The notes beneath the pieces are model-generated. The model saw only the letters and a program-made list of their open reading frames with translations. It was not told the DNA's origin and searched no databases. From NCBI RefSeq assembly GCF_006345805.1, contig NC_043000.1, positions 37,014,001-37,078,000 on the forward strand: 64,000 nucleotides of DNA, in the 5' to 3' direction. Within the stretch, counting starts at the first letter, position 1; every line of letters begins with the position of its first letter. A program made the position numbers and the translations under genes. Below, in pieces: positions 38,964-52,298 of the stretch. This DNA comes from Octopus sinensis. Taxonomy: Eukaryota.

Positions 38964-38969
38964 CATGTA

Positions 38970-39207
38970 TGTAAGTATGATCTATTCTAGTCTTAATCAT
39001 TTAAATTCTTCCTCTGAAGAAGGAACTGGTTTCTAACAAAGATATAAAGTTCCTTCATAGGAATGTAGATAACAAATTCAATGTCACATTTTAAACATAG
39101 AAAAAAGTCTTGCATATTTTAATTGTTCTACTAACAGATTGTATTCGCAACGTGCGAATCAATTGGCTGGTTTCTTTTTCTGAAAATCCAGGCTTATCCA
39201 GACTGTC
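38970..39207 (-). mobile_element. RLE LINE 3' end, same lineage as 18675-19162
   Basis: DKPGFSEKETSQLIRTLRIQSVSRTIKICKTF aligns with DKLGFSERELDRLILTLQVQSVSGTVKICKTF; TATG-like flanks. Confidence 0.85.
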
Positions 39208-40126
39208 AGGCATGTATGCGTGCATGTATTCATGCATGTGTGCATACTGTAAGCTCTGTAGTAATCGTTGTGCAGCATTCTTGTACTTGTACCCCATGAC
39301 CTGTTAATGACAAGTTATTAATTAATTTTTTATTATGCATTAATTACTATACACTAAAGATATATTTACAAATAGATACGAACTTACTTTCTGAAATCAT
39401 AATTTATAAGAATGATATATATATTTGCTATTACAATATTATTGCCGTAATAGGTTTGTCCCTAATATACATACACCCACACAATTGTATGCCCGTGTGT
39501 TTCTATATATATACATACATACACACACATATCCACACACATACACACACACAAAATCTGTTGCTATATTGATGAAGTGGTAGGTCTGTCACTATATATA
39601 TTTCATAATGCATTTTTAATCAACAGCAGTAGTTAAATATACGCACGCATTTGCTTTTTTTTTTTCGCTTTTATTTTTGTTTCTTTTTTGTTTTTACTTT
39701 AAATAGTTTCAGTCTTTGTTTTGTTGTGTATTTTATTCTTCAGCGATCATGTGAAGGTACAGATCGAAGTTGTATCTACATGATTAATTAATAATTGCAA
39801 TCATAATATTTATTACGAATCTGACATAGATGGGTATTACATCTGTCCTCTGGCAGTTTGGATTCGTGTCGATGCAGGTTAATGTAATTGGAAAATTGCA
39901 TCCCTTCCTTCTTTTCCTTCTTCCTTCGTTCTTGTATTCACCCATTCATTCACCAAACACCAAATTAATTGTATTATTAGATTCTGCAGAACCAGAGTGT
40001 TGTAACAGAGAATGGTTTGCTATTCTCTATAGCCATTCCCTTTTCTCCATGCCTCTGAGGTAGAATTGAACCCAGCATTTGCAAGCAAAAGAAAAACGTT
40101 TGACCAATCTGTACCACTGCTGCTGC

Positions 40127-40128
40127 TG

Positions 40129-40199
<71 letters not shown>

Positions 40200-40200
40200 T
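40127..40200. repeat. (TGC)/(TAC)n trinucleotide array
   Basis: Directly visible. Confidence 0.95.
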
Positions 40201-40371
40201 CCGCTTCTGTTGTTCATATATATATATATATAAGCACGAAATAGGAGTAATAAACAGTCTGACAACTGATGAGGACTTATCTTCTTTAGGCATTTTGTCC
40301 TGCACTTTACTCTCGTGTGTTTGCGTATTCTTCACTCGTTGGTGATGCCCTGTACACAATGAGTAGTTTTT

Positions 40372-40670
<299 letters not shown>

Positions 40671-40679
40671 TGAGTGTGT

Positions 40680-40865
40680 GTGTGGGTGCGTCTTTGTGTC
40701 TGTGTTTGTCCCATCACCACCACTCGACAACAGATGTGTTTACGTTTCCGAAGCCTAGCGGTTCGGCAAGAGACTCCGATAACATAAGTAACAGGCTTAA
40801 AAAAATGAGTACTGGGGTGTCTTCACACCACTAAAATTTCTTGAAGACGGTGCTACAGTGTAATG
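40680..40865 (+). mobile_element. SINE family B, 3' half, degenerate
   Basis: GTCTGTGTTTGTCCC...TAGCGGTTCGGCAAG. Confidence 0.7.
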
Positions 40866-41096
40866 ACTAACATTGTAATGAAAGACCTGAGACAGATCTA
40901 CGGAACCAGTCGTCATCCGTGAGCGAGTATGGTTTGGTAGTATGTACCATACTTCGCTTGTTTCAGATGCTTATGAAATCTCCAGATGCTTATGAAATCT
41001 CGAGCTGATCTTGGCACCCGGTTGACTTGGCTACACTTTCACCCTGTGAGACATCTATATGACAGCCAGAGGGAGAGAAACAGAGAATATATATAT

Positions 41097-41149
<53 letters not shown>

Positions 41150-41202
41150 TATATATATATAAAGTGAAAGAATGGAGTCGAACGGCGATTTTTTACAAAA
41201 TT

Positions 41203-41290
41203 CCTTTATTCTCGACATATGTTTCGAAGACTGCATATTCTTAATTCCGAAGGAATAAAGGGTGCATTATGCCGCCTTCTCATCAGGAAA
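41203..41290 (-). ncRNA. Type-I hammerhead ribozyme motif (left arm)
   Basis: Exact reverse complement of the motif at 41415-41502; predicted cleavage after the C opposite G41214. Confidence 0.75.
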
Positions 41291-41414
41291 GACAAGGAAC
41301 CTATGTCAGCATCATGACGAACAAAAACTTTTAGATTACTTCCCACATGGAGTCCACAGTGGGAAGTCATCTAAAAGTTTTTGTTCGTCATGATGCTGAC
41401 ATAGGTTCCATGTC

Positions 41415-41502
41415 TTTCCTGATGAGAAGGCGGCATAATGCACCCTTTATTCCTTCGGAATTAAGAATATGCAGTCTTCGAAACATATGTCGAGAATAAA
41501 GG
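41415..41502 (+). ncRNA. Type-I hammerhead ribozyme motif (right arm)
   Basis: CTGATGA 41419-41425; stem II GAAGGC/GTCTTC; GAAAC 41480-41484; palindromic stem III ACATATGT; GTC cleavage triplet ending 41491; stem I TTTC/GAGA. Confidence 0.78.
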
Positions 41503-42289
41503 AATTTTGTTAAAATCGCCGTTCGACTCCATTCTTTCACTTATTTATAGTTAAAAAAAACACACAAATTTCCACACGAAAACACGTGATTTCTGCCCCT
41601 GGCATGTAGCTTCAACCGTGTTTTCTGACGTGAATTTGCTACCCGGGTATCGGTTAACCGAATTGTCCATACTAGGATAATTCATATGCGTGTGCGAGTG
41701 TGTAGGCATATCCAATGTTAATATATATATGTATGTGTGTCTGTTTACATTCGTTGTATTTTTGAAGCTACCAAGAATCAGCAGCGGCCGCAGCAGCAGC
41801 AGCTACCTGTCAATGACGTTTCTCCGTCTATTTAGATTTCCACTTAACAGATCTGACAAATCTTTCAACACATTTTCTCTCACGTGTGTTCCGTATTTAT
41901 TATGAGGACAATTCTTTTGTTTTAACACTTCATTCGGTAAATAACAATTTTATCCTTTGTCTTTTATTCTCATCTGTGGTTAAAATCTCTGCACCGTTTC
42001 TGCCTGTATTTACGTCTTCGGTATCAATAGCTTAAGTTCCAAAACTGGAGTAAATGCTGTAGCCTTTTGTAGTTGCCCTGGGATAGATGGTGTAGTCTTT
42101 TTTTTTCAATTGTGCTAGGGTACATGCCGTTGTCTCAATCATTGGCTGTCAGACTGACAAATACCAGCTATCTCCACACTCGAAAAAGTTTTTGGGAGAA
42201 TTTTTTACCTGTATATATGTAGGCATGTAAGGATATTTGCGTGAGTGTGTACGTGTGTGCCTATATGTATGTGCGTGTATATGTATGTC

Positions 42290-42400
42290 ATTGTTCAGTT
42301 TTATTTCAAGATTTGTTGCCAATAGAGAAAGAGCCGGTTTCAAACCAAAACTCAAGGCTCCTTCATCGGAATTTCAACATCAACAAGAGGGCATTTTTGC
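42290..42400 (-). mobile_element. 3' UTR fragment of the (TATG)n-associated RLE LINE
   Basis: GAGCC-20nt-GGCTCCTTCAT matches 18718-18749 and 39022-39053; TATG flanks. Confidence 0.6.
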
Positions 42401-42927
42401 TTGCTTGTTTGTTTGTCTGTGTGTATGTATGTATGTATGTATGTATGTATGTATGTATGTATGTATGTATGTATGTATGTATGTATGTATGTATGTGGTA
42501 TGTATGTATGTATGTATTTATGTATATGTGCAGATTTGTATGAGTTGGTTTATGTATATAAACTCATGCATATAGTTGCATATCTAGACATACTCATATG
42601 CATTTAAATGATAAACTTCTGGAAGCTTTTTTTAACAGTTCCAGTGATGGATTAGATCTGTAGTCTTCAAAATGTACGTATGTATGTGTGCATACACACA
42701 CACATACACAAACACAAACTTTTTTATCAGCTCAAATACGCTTGGCGCATACTCGAACCCTTAAAAAAGCTATTCACTGTGTTTTGTGAAGGACAAAATT
42801 TAAATAAATATAAATGCTACGAGCCAGTTCATAGACTCCCTAACCAGACAAGACAGTTGGACACATGAATTTCGGAGTGGTGGTTATCTCCTCTTCAGCA
42901 AATGAAACCAGAAAGGCAGACGATACA

Positions 42928-42991
<64 letters not shown>

Positions 42992-43024
42992 CATACATAC
43001 GATAGATCGCTAGCCAGTATACAT

Positions 43025-43165
43025 TCTTTTTTTCTCTCCTTGTTTCTTTCTGTGTTCCTTTCTATGGAAGAGCGTAGGCTCGAAACGTTAAAGACTTTTT
43101 CACTTCCCGGGAGTTATACATCTGTTTGTTGTCTACACCACCTGTCTCCGTCTTTTTTTTTTGTG
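43025..43165 (+). repeat. Penelope-pLTR-like repeat with degenerate minimal hammerhead
   Basis: CTATGGAA-GAGC-gtag-GCTC-GAAAC-GTT-AAAG versus canonical CTGATGAA-stem-GAAAC-GTH. Confidence 0.6.
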
Positions 43166-43462
43166 GGGAGAGTAGAGAGAGAAGTAGAGGTAGAGGGATA
43201 GAAGAATTAAGGAGAGATGAGAAAAAATGAAAAGGACAGCGTGGAGTGAAAGAGGGGGAAGGTGAGCATGAAGAGAAGGCTAGGAAATGTGAGAGAGGGG
43301 AAACGAAAGAACGAAGAGTGGAATGAACGAATTATGTGTGAAGGGGCTGATAAAACGAAGGAAATAATGAAAATACAGAAAGAATAATAGAGTCGTACAA
43401 AGTTTAGATATATATACTTACATATATGAGACCAAAGTGTACATATGCCGCTACATTTTTAT

Positions 43463-43628
43463 ATATAAAAAATACAAAATGGAACAAGAACGAAAAACAT
43501 CCAGACAGACGATACAAAGAAGCCAAGGACGGGTCATTTGGAGACCCGTCCTTGTTTTGTTGTTCCTTTTTTGTATCACCTAACTGTCTGGAGGTTTTGC
43601 GTTATTGTCCCATTTTTGTATTTTATAT
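43463..43628. repeat. Imperfect palindrome with 7-nt loop
   Basis: ...CAAGGACGGGTC-atttgga-GACCCGTCCTTG...; arms remain alignable with indels; left arm resembles 53435-53485. Confidence 0.75.
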
Positions 43629-43664
43629 TCGATAAGAAAATGGAGGAAAACAACAAATATTCTA

Positions 43665-43810
43665 TGCTGGTGTGTTTACATCCCCGTAACTTAGCGGTTC
43701 GGCAAAACAGACTGATAGAATAAGTACTAGGCTTACAAAGAATAAGTCCTGGGGTCAAGTTGCTCGACTAAAGGTGGTGCCACAGTCAAATGACTGAAGC
43801 AAGTAAAAGA
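43665..43810 (+). mobile_element. SINE family B, 3' half
   Basis: Near-consensus 3' region and tail. Confidence 0.85.
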
Positions 43811-43813
43811 GCA

Positions 43814-43851
<38 letters not shown>

Positions 43852-43953
43852 GAGAGAGAGAGACATACATCATACATGCATGCATACATCATACATACAT
43901 ACATACATACATACATACATACATACATACATACATACATACATACACACACA

Positions 43954-44645
43954 CAAGGTGTTCAGGCTAAATTTGATAGTTTGCAAAATAGAAAAGGAAA
44001 CACAATACACCGTAGAAGTATTTTTAAAAAGTCAAAGCACATCAACTTCATTACGGCTGGGAGTTAACAGCTTTCTTAAAGTAGCTGCCTTCACCTTCCA
44101 CCATGGCCTCGTGACGGTACCAGAACCTGGCGCATGCGTTCCTCGCTGCGTCCCTGGGAAGATCTTCGATCACCGCTTTGATCTTATCTCGGTCACCAGC
44201 TCGGCCTTGGTGTAGCAAGTAGAGCGGTTGGTGTCTTTCTCAACTGCGCAACCCATGGGATTACTATCAGGGAAATTAGGGAGCCTTAAATTGGGGCTGG
44301 GGAAGTCATTGAAATTCTCCGGCAGTCACTTCTGACTCTTTTCGTGGGTGTAACAAGGAGCCGGATCCTGCTGCTACGCATGGTCTTCCAGCAGCAACCC
44401 TCTCCAACGTGCGACTGATCAGCAGTCAAGATGTCAGCATCTTCATACCCGGAGCGAATCATCATTGATACAGGTAACTCTTTTCCAATATTCAAATAAT
44501 TTCTAGTCTTCCATATTAACTTTTTCTCAGCTAGACCTTTAATCTCCAAACTCTCCAACGCAGTTGACTTCCCCCACCCCGTACATCAAGATCTACCTGA
44601 AAAAAGGAAACATATAAATCATCAAATTTATCCCGATTACCCCTG
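43954..44645 (-). mobile_element. Internally deleted DD37D (maT-like) element
   Basis: Degenerate TIRs CAAGGTGTTCAGGCTAAATTTGAT and ATCAAATTTATCCCGATTACCCCTG plus TA; homologous to 9130-9625. Confidence 0.75.
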
Positions 44646-45126
44646 TATGTGCGTGGTTGTGTGTGTGTGTGCGTATGTATTTTCATGAAAAGTTTGCGAA
44701 ATGGTATATCCTCCATATTTTTCCCTCATCCCCGGCCCAATCCCTTTTTCATATTTTCATAGAATAGTGTCCTTAGAAATTACTACACAAGTATACAGGA
44801 CTTTGGCGCAGACTCTTCATTCGTCATATTTCTGCTCACTGATAACACAATTTCCTGTTATTATTATTATTATTCTGTTGTGTCTGAGGAGAGTCATTTT
44901 CTTTTTGTGCCTTATTATTTAACACACTCACCGGTAAAATTTCCACTTATTTCTTATTTTTATTTTCCTAAAATTTCGTTGGAAATAAGAAATAAGTGGA
45001 AATGTTATCAGTGAGTGTGTTAAATAATAAGGCACAAAAAGAAAATGACTCTCCCCAGACACAACAGAATATGCTTCAACACACGAACTCATATAAAGAA
45101 TCTTGCAAACCAAATCCGAAAACAAA

Positions 45127-45190
<64 letters not shown>

Positions 45191-46849
45191 TGACAACAGT
45201 TTTGAAGGGAAATGTTTTAAAATATAAGTATTCTACATAGTTCAAATATTTCATATCTCAGAAAGATTATTATGGCCCTTCTAAACCCTTAGCCCCATTC
45301 TTGATATTTACCTCTCATTTACCTGAGATGATAATACGCGCAAGTGGGCGTTCCGCCCAACTTAAAAACTATCGTTCTAAACGATTTCCTAATTGAAGGC
45401 TTTTTAATCACAGCTCTGGAATATATCTTCTAAATGTAGTATTGAGTTTTAGGTGTGATAATCAAGAAGAATTATTGAGATTAACATACTATTTAAATTT
45501 CATCTACCTTGAAATATAATTCACCTTTCCTCTCCTTTTCCTGTCGCCATCTTTGTCTTGCATTCTTTTCCTGACATTTTGCCATTGGTCACACTTTTCA
45601 ATTTCTCTTTCTGTTTCTATCTTCTCTTACCACTTCCTCTCCCCCTCTCTCCCTCTCTCTCTCATTCTTTCTTTCTCGCTGTTTCCGTTTCTTTTTTTTC
45701 TTTCACCTCGATTTCTCGTCCTCTTTCACACTGTCCCTTTCCACAATTTCATTTTCTCTCCCACCTCCCTTCCCCTTCTCTCTCTCTTTCTCTCTCTATT
45801 CTACCCCCCTATAATCTCGCTCTCTGTCTCCCACTACGTCGCCCGGGGACACTCTAACTGGCTCCCAACCAGAAGGTTTCCGATAGCCATTTGGGAACGT
45901 TTCCAAAGGGAGGAACATTCTTCACAACTGAAACCTAATTATTGATCTATCGACCTAATTCCCAAACCTCACATTTCTAATGGCTGTGATTGGTGAAACA
46001 CAAGACGCTACACCACAGTCCTTGTTTCACACACTACTATACACTTAAGTCATTCTCTGGACATTTTGAAATCACAGTTTTGGGTCACAAACAAAGATGT
46101 TGAGTGGGAAGTATTTTGGCAATGAACTCAAAATAAACAAGACACTGGCAACATGATTTGACACATGACTGAATGGAGCACAACCAATAGACTCTTGGCC
46201 TTTTGTTTACTTCATAAAATAAATATAGGCATGCGTCAGTCTGTGTATGAATAACACTGTGTCAGTATGTACAAGTAGATGCGAGTTTGCCTTTCAGTAA
46301 GTATATGAGCAAGAGTATATAGTAATGAGTATACGTGTGGCTGAATCAACAAATGTGTGATTTTTAAATATACATGTGTGTGTGTGTGGTGTGTATATTG
46401 TGTAAACACCACACCATGAAGCTCAGATGAATATGTGCGATGTATTAGTAGTAAGAGTTTCAGACAGAATGCATCGCGATGTTTGTTGTGACATTCGATG
46501 CGCTAGATTCAAATCCCAGCAAGATCAACTTTGCTTTTCATTCTGTCAGGTTTGATGATAAAAAAAAAGTACCTGTAAGAACGTCGGGCCGTATGCTTAG
46601 CAGTATTGGCTCCAGTTCTTTTCATTCTGAATTGAAATCACGTAGCAGCCTACGTGGATGGTAGACTTCGCCTGTTCCTTAGTATAACATCACCGCCAAG
46701 TAGCTTTGGCTTTTTTAGAAGAATCTGCTTCGTTGCAGACTTTCGTGAGCCGTTTCCGGCTTGAGGACACCTTCCCCGTCCTACCTCACCGATCTCAAAA
46801 GCCCTATGAAGGGTCAAAGGTACTGTCTTCTCACCTTGAAACTACAATA

Positions 46850-47068
46850 CTGGTTTCAAACTTTAACACAAGGCCAATGAGTTCAAGGAAGGGGTAAATA
46901 GGTTACACCGACTCCAGGGGTCAACTAGTTCTTATTCTATCGACCCTGAAAAGATGGAAGGCAAAGTCGGCCTCGGTTGAATTTGAGCTCAGAACACAAA
47001 GACGAACAAAATTCCGCTAAGCATTTTCCCCGGTGTGATAACGCGTGTGCCAGCTCGTCGCCTTACTC
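46850..47068 (-). mobile_element. SINE family A, older copy
   Basis: Degenerate head and central domain. Confidence 0.78.
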
Positions 47069-47080
47069 GACGAAAATATT

Positions 47081-47476
47081 CTTTACTACTCTAGACACAA
47101 GGCCCGAAATTTTGGGGGAGGGGGCCAATCTATTAGATCGACCCAGGTATGCAACTGGTACATAATTTATCGACCCCGAAAGGATGAAATGCAAAGTCGA
47201 CCTCGGTGGAATTTGAACTCAGAACGTAGCGACGGACGAAATACCTATTTCTTTATTACCCAGAAGAGACTAAACATAGCGGAGACAAACAAGGACAGAC
47301 ATAGGTATTAAGTCGATTACATTGACCCCAGTGCGTAACTGGTACTTAATTTATCGACCCCGAAAGGATGAAAGGCAAAGTTGACCTCGGCGGAATTTGA
47401 ACTCACAACGCAACTGCAGCCGAAATACGGCTACGCATTTCGCCCGGCGCGCTAACGTGTCTGCCAGCTCGCCGCC
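47081..47476 (-). mobile_element. Dimeric SINE family A
   Basis: Long-tail unit joined through AAAGAAATAGGTATTTCGTC to a short-tail unit. Confidence 0.9.
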
Positions 47477-49030
47477 TTCCCTCACTAAAATATTAAAACC
47501 ATACGTGAGACTATCAATCCATGGCACGGGTTGAAATGAATATTAAAAGAAGTATCAGGCAAGAGATATTTTGGTTATGCTATATTCATTCAGGGATGTG
47601 TTGGTGAGGACACATTCAGCAATGAGTGTCGCATAGGAATATTCTACTAATTCAGAAATAAGTCAAATCGAAAGTGCGGTAATTCTTTCGGGGATTACTC
47701 CACTTCAAAGTACAATAATTCTATCATTGATTACTCCAGGAACAATGTATTCATTAAATGCGGTTCCAATTCGAGAATTGTTTTTTTTTCAGTGATAACT
47801 CCACTTATGCGTATTGTATTCATTTACTGACAACTCTACACAAGAACAGTCTTCCTGCCAATATAAGGAATCACATAAACACAACCAATTCTAAATATCT
47901 GATAGGCATCCTTTCTGTCTTTTCTATATTTAGTTTCTTCCTGCAGAGCTATCGTTCCTCTACTGCTGTTTAGAAAGAGTCAATAGTCAAGTCAAGGAGC
48001 GAGAACCCTTGAATACCTAGAAACAGCAGTTAAATCTCCATCAAATCACACGCAACTCTACCCTCTCAATTATAGGAGGGCGCGTTATACATTACGTCTA
48101 GTAAAAGAAAACGGGATAGCCACGGTCAGAACGCCTATGTTTCTATATCTGCTGTATTAGTGCCAACCTGGGGCACTTATACAGTAGATATAGGAAATAT
48201 CGAGCAACAACGACAAAGACGACAACAGCGAAAACAGCTTCAACAGTTCAAATTAATCTTAACCTATTTCTCTGGGCCGTATCAAACTTGACAATGGAGG
48301 ACTAAAGACTATGCCACATTCCAGAAGATGTGATCTTATAAAAAAAAAAAGGAGGTGTCAACAGAAAGATGGAGAAAAAGGCGGGAGAAAGACAGAAGGA
48401 ATGAGAGAGATGGATAGAAGACAAAACATATCGAACGAAGATAGAGTTAAATGAAATGAATCAGGAAAAAGTCGAAATCACATAAAACAACACGGCTCTT
48501 GCCGAGTTGAACACCTTTTTATATCTGAATTGTAGAGGAACGGCCATAAAAACAGTAAAACGACAAGAAAACCCTCATAAATACTCACTTTTATGTTTGC
48601 CTTCTAGTAAATCAACAACAACAAAAACAACCTCACCAGTTCTCTCTTTCCTGTTATTCTTCTTCACTTTTGACAAAATCTAAACGAAGTCATGATCTAG
48701 CACAAGCGCCGTTTCTCCACTTGTTCCAATGTTCCAATGTTTGTCACAGAATTATTTGACTCAATGAGCCTTCTTCTTGTTTTGGAACAGTAGGATGAAA
48801 TTTGAAGAAAATTTAGCTGCTGTTTCTAGAACAACTATATAGAAGCTTCCTTATTACCTAGCGACAATTCTTCCGGCTTAAAGTTCTAAGTTTACATCCC
48901 GCTGAGATCGACTTTGCCTTTCATCGTTTCAGGATCGATTTAATAAGTACCAGCTGAGCACTATTAATCAACTCACCCTTCCCTTAAAATTGCAGCTGTT
49001 GGACCAACACTCGAAACCATTATTATTATT

Positions 49031-49582
49031 GAGTGAGAGAGCAGTGCATGCCATCACACTGGGGTAAAATATACGAGGCCCAGTATACCCATCATGACTA
49101 TCCATCTGATAAGGGTACACTAGGCACATGCATCACAACCATGTGTGCGCGACATGGTTATCTCATATCAAGATAAACAGCGCATGACCTTGCAGGTGGG
49201 GCCCAGTTGGAATTTTCTTTCTGGTCGAGTAACCCATCCCGCTCAAAAGGTCCCTGAATAAGGATTGTTTAAGGATGTTGAACGAAACACCCATGTTTCC
49301 AGAGGTGAATTAATGAAACCCCAAACAATCCCTCTCAACACATGGCTATGATGCTTCCCCACTACTTCTGCTCGTGATCAGAGATGCACATATCGTCAGC
49401 CACTAAGGGACATGCTCAACTGGTTAAGGTCAAATAACTGACAAGCAAATCGGTGGTATTGAACAGAATATTTGCTGTAGTCCATCTTTTATACCAAGAC
49501 AAAACAATGTACATGATAACACTTCCAATTAGTTAAGATCAGAAGCCACGAGAGCCACTGCCTGGTACTGCATCAGGGATTT
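49031..49582 (-). mobile_element. About 560-bp non-coding dispersed element in (AAT)n, copy 2
   Basis: Same termini as 4436-4997 (GAGTGAGAGAGCAGTGCATGCC ... CTGCATCAGGG); (ATT)n on both flanks. Confidence 0.85.
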
Positions 49583-49764
49583 TATTTTTATTATTATTAT
49601 TATTATTATTATATTATTATTATTATTATTATTATTAACCCTCCATACTTTATGCCTGTCTCTCTATTGTCTCCCTCGTCTTTCGCCCTCGTGGCAAATA
49701 AATGATATTCTTCTTCTTCTTCTTCTTCTTCTTATTCTTATTATATTATTATTATTATAATTAT

Positions 49765-51044
49765 TAATTTTTTTTTCTTCTTTCAAATTTCTTCCATTTC
49801 TTGCCGAGTGTCTTCCGACTCCAGGCAAAGAAAAGAAACTCATAGTATACATTGGTAGGCCATTAAACCAAACTCAATAGTTCGTTCATTTTTTTTTTTT
49901 TTTTTTAAAGTTAAATTAAAATACATGAGCAGCAACAGTTCTCACATCGACAATGCTCTTCTCAATACGTGTGATGTACCAGTTAAGACAATCTTTTGCA
50001 CTTCTTGCAGGGATGGTAAGCCAGGGATCATTCTCCTATAATTTTCGGTTCCCTTCTTGATCATTTCTAGTGCTCCTACGATCACTGGTATTGTAACCAC
50101 CTGAGATGCCACATTTTCTCAATTTCAATGAGTAGGTCTTTATATTTTCTGACCTGTCAAACTCTTTCGCTGAGATATTATGATCACAGGGGATGCTCAT
50201 GTCGATCAATAAGCAAACTTTATTGTTTTGGTCTTTCACAACAATATCTGGTTTATTGGCCTTGATGGTTCGGTCTGTATGTACTGGAAAGTTCCACAGA
50301 ATGGTTACATTTTCTCCTTCAGTTACAGCCTCAGGGTGGTGATTATACCACTTGTCGGCAGTTTTGATATTGTAATGCCGACTTATTAGCCAGTGGAGAT
50401 ATTGGCCAACTCTGTCATGTCTTAATTTATACTCCACTGGTGCTAAGACTTTACATCCAGAGATTAGGTGGTTCACTGTTTCAATCATGTCGTTGCAGAA
50501 TCGGCATTTTGGGTCTGCTCCATTTTTCATCACATTGGCCTGGTAGTTCCGGGTTAATAGGCTTTGATCTTGAGCAGCCAGGATGAAACCTTCGCTCTCT
50601 GCTTTTAGCCCTGAGCTCTGTAGCCACTGATGGGTTGCTTCTGGTCAAATCAGCTGGTGTTGCTGCGGGTCACATATTTGCCGTGCAGAGGTTTCTCCTC
50701 CACCTATCAGCCAATTGCTCGTGCGCTTTTTTCATTGCCATCATTTTCACCTTCTTTGCAACAATAGTGCCGTACTTCCTCGGGTTGTTCAGTTTGGGTA
50801 TCCTGCACGAGATCAATAGCAAATTTTTTGCTTTCCTTTATGATAGAATGAAGCTTCTTTCGTCTCTCGTGATTTTCCACGAGCTTTAGCATCCAGTCAT
50901 TCGATATTTCGAGATATTTGGCCAGTCCAATTGTGGTGTTTTGTAAGCTAGTTCAAATTGGATCAGGCCTCGACCTCCTTGGGCTCTGGGAATGTAAAGG
51001 CGATCTACGTCTGCCTTTGGGTGGTGCATCCTATTACAACTCAG
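49765..51044 (-). mobile_element. R4/Dong-like RLE LINE, 5'-truncated
   Basis: HHPKADVDRLYIPRAQGGRGL; CRFC..ETVNHLISGC..YKLRHD (CCHC knuckle); NKPDIVVKD..LIDMSIP (PD..D endonuclease); (AAT)n at both ends. Confidence 0.92.
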
Positions 51045-51126
<82 letters not shown>

Positions 51127-51129
51127 GGA

Positions 51130-51340
51130 GGCGGCGAGCTGGCAGAAACGTTAGCACGCCGGGCGAAATGTTTAGCGGTATTTCGTCTGTGTTTATGTTC
51201 TGAGTTCAAATTCCGCTAAGGTTGACTTTGCCTTTCATTCTTTCGGTGTCCATAAATTAAGTACCAGTAAAACACTGGAGTCGAGTATTCGACTAGTCCT
51301 CTCCCCCAAATTTCAAACCTCGTGCCTATTAGGAGAAAAT
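51130..51340 (+). mobile_element. SINE family A (short 3' variant)
   Basis: Starts at the edge of (ATT)n; full head and central domain. Confidence 0.88.
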
Positions 51341-51525
51341 ATTTTTATTTTATTATCATTAATGAGAAAATAAAGAATGTGTAATGGCTAGCGATCTATC
51401 ATGGCGAATATATATATTCACCATGTGTGTGTATATATATATATATAACGGGAAGCTTTATGAAAATAGACAAAAGACGAAGGCAGGTGGAAAACAAACA
51501 AACAATTGTATTATATATATGTGTG

Positions 51526-51583
<58 letters not shown>

Positions 51584-51593
51584 CATACACACT

Positions 51594-51636
<43 letters not shown>

Positions 51637-51740
51637 GCATGGATGTATATCAATATATGATCGACATATATTTATACGTAAAGGTATATATATATATATA
51701 TATATCTATATATGTGTGTGTGTGTATATAAATATATATA

Positions 51741-52057
<317 letters not shown>

Positions 52058-52065
52058 TATATATA

Positions 52066-52192
52066 TGTTTGTGTGTCTGTGTTTGTCAACCGATGCCAGT
52101 ATGGTTATGTCCTGGGTTCTATTTGTTCGGCTAAAGGCGGTGCTCCAGCATGGTCGCAGTCAAATGACTGAAACGAATAAGAGAAATAAAAG
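52066..52192 (+). mobile_element. SINE family B, 3' fragment
   Basis: CTAAAGGCGGTGCTCCAGCATGGTCGCAGTCAAATGACTGAAAC. Confidence 0.8.
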
Positions 52193-52210
52193 AAAAAATA
52201 CAGAAATACA

Positions 52211-52243
<33 letters not shown>

Positions 52244-52264
52244 TCATATATGTATATATGTTAT

Positions 52265-52298
<34 letters not shown>

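Larger units (their letters stand above)
41162..41542. repeat. Near-perfect 381-bp palindrome (185/184-bp arms, 12-nt loop), Penelope-pLTR-like
   Basis: Arms 41162-41346 and 41359-41542 differ at about 4 positions (3 substitutions, 1 indel). Confidence 0.95.

Noticed and set aside
39014-39053. CTGAAGA (and CTGAGGA at about 18709) followed by a stem, as a hammerhead
   Set aside because: No GAAA after the stem and no stem III or cleavage triplet.
40964-41001. 19-bp direct tandem duplication CAGATGCTTATGAAATCTC
   Set aside because: Ordinary slippage duplication with no further structure.
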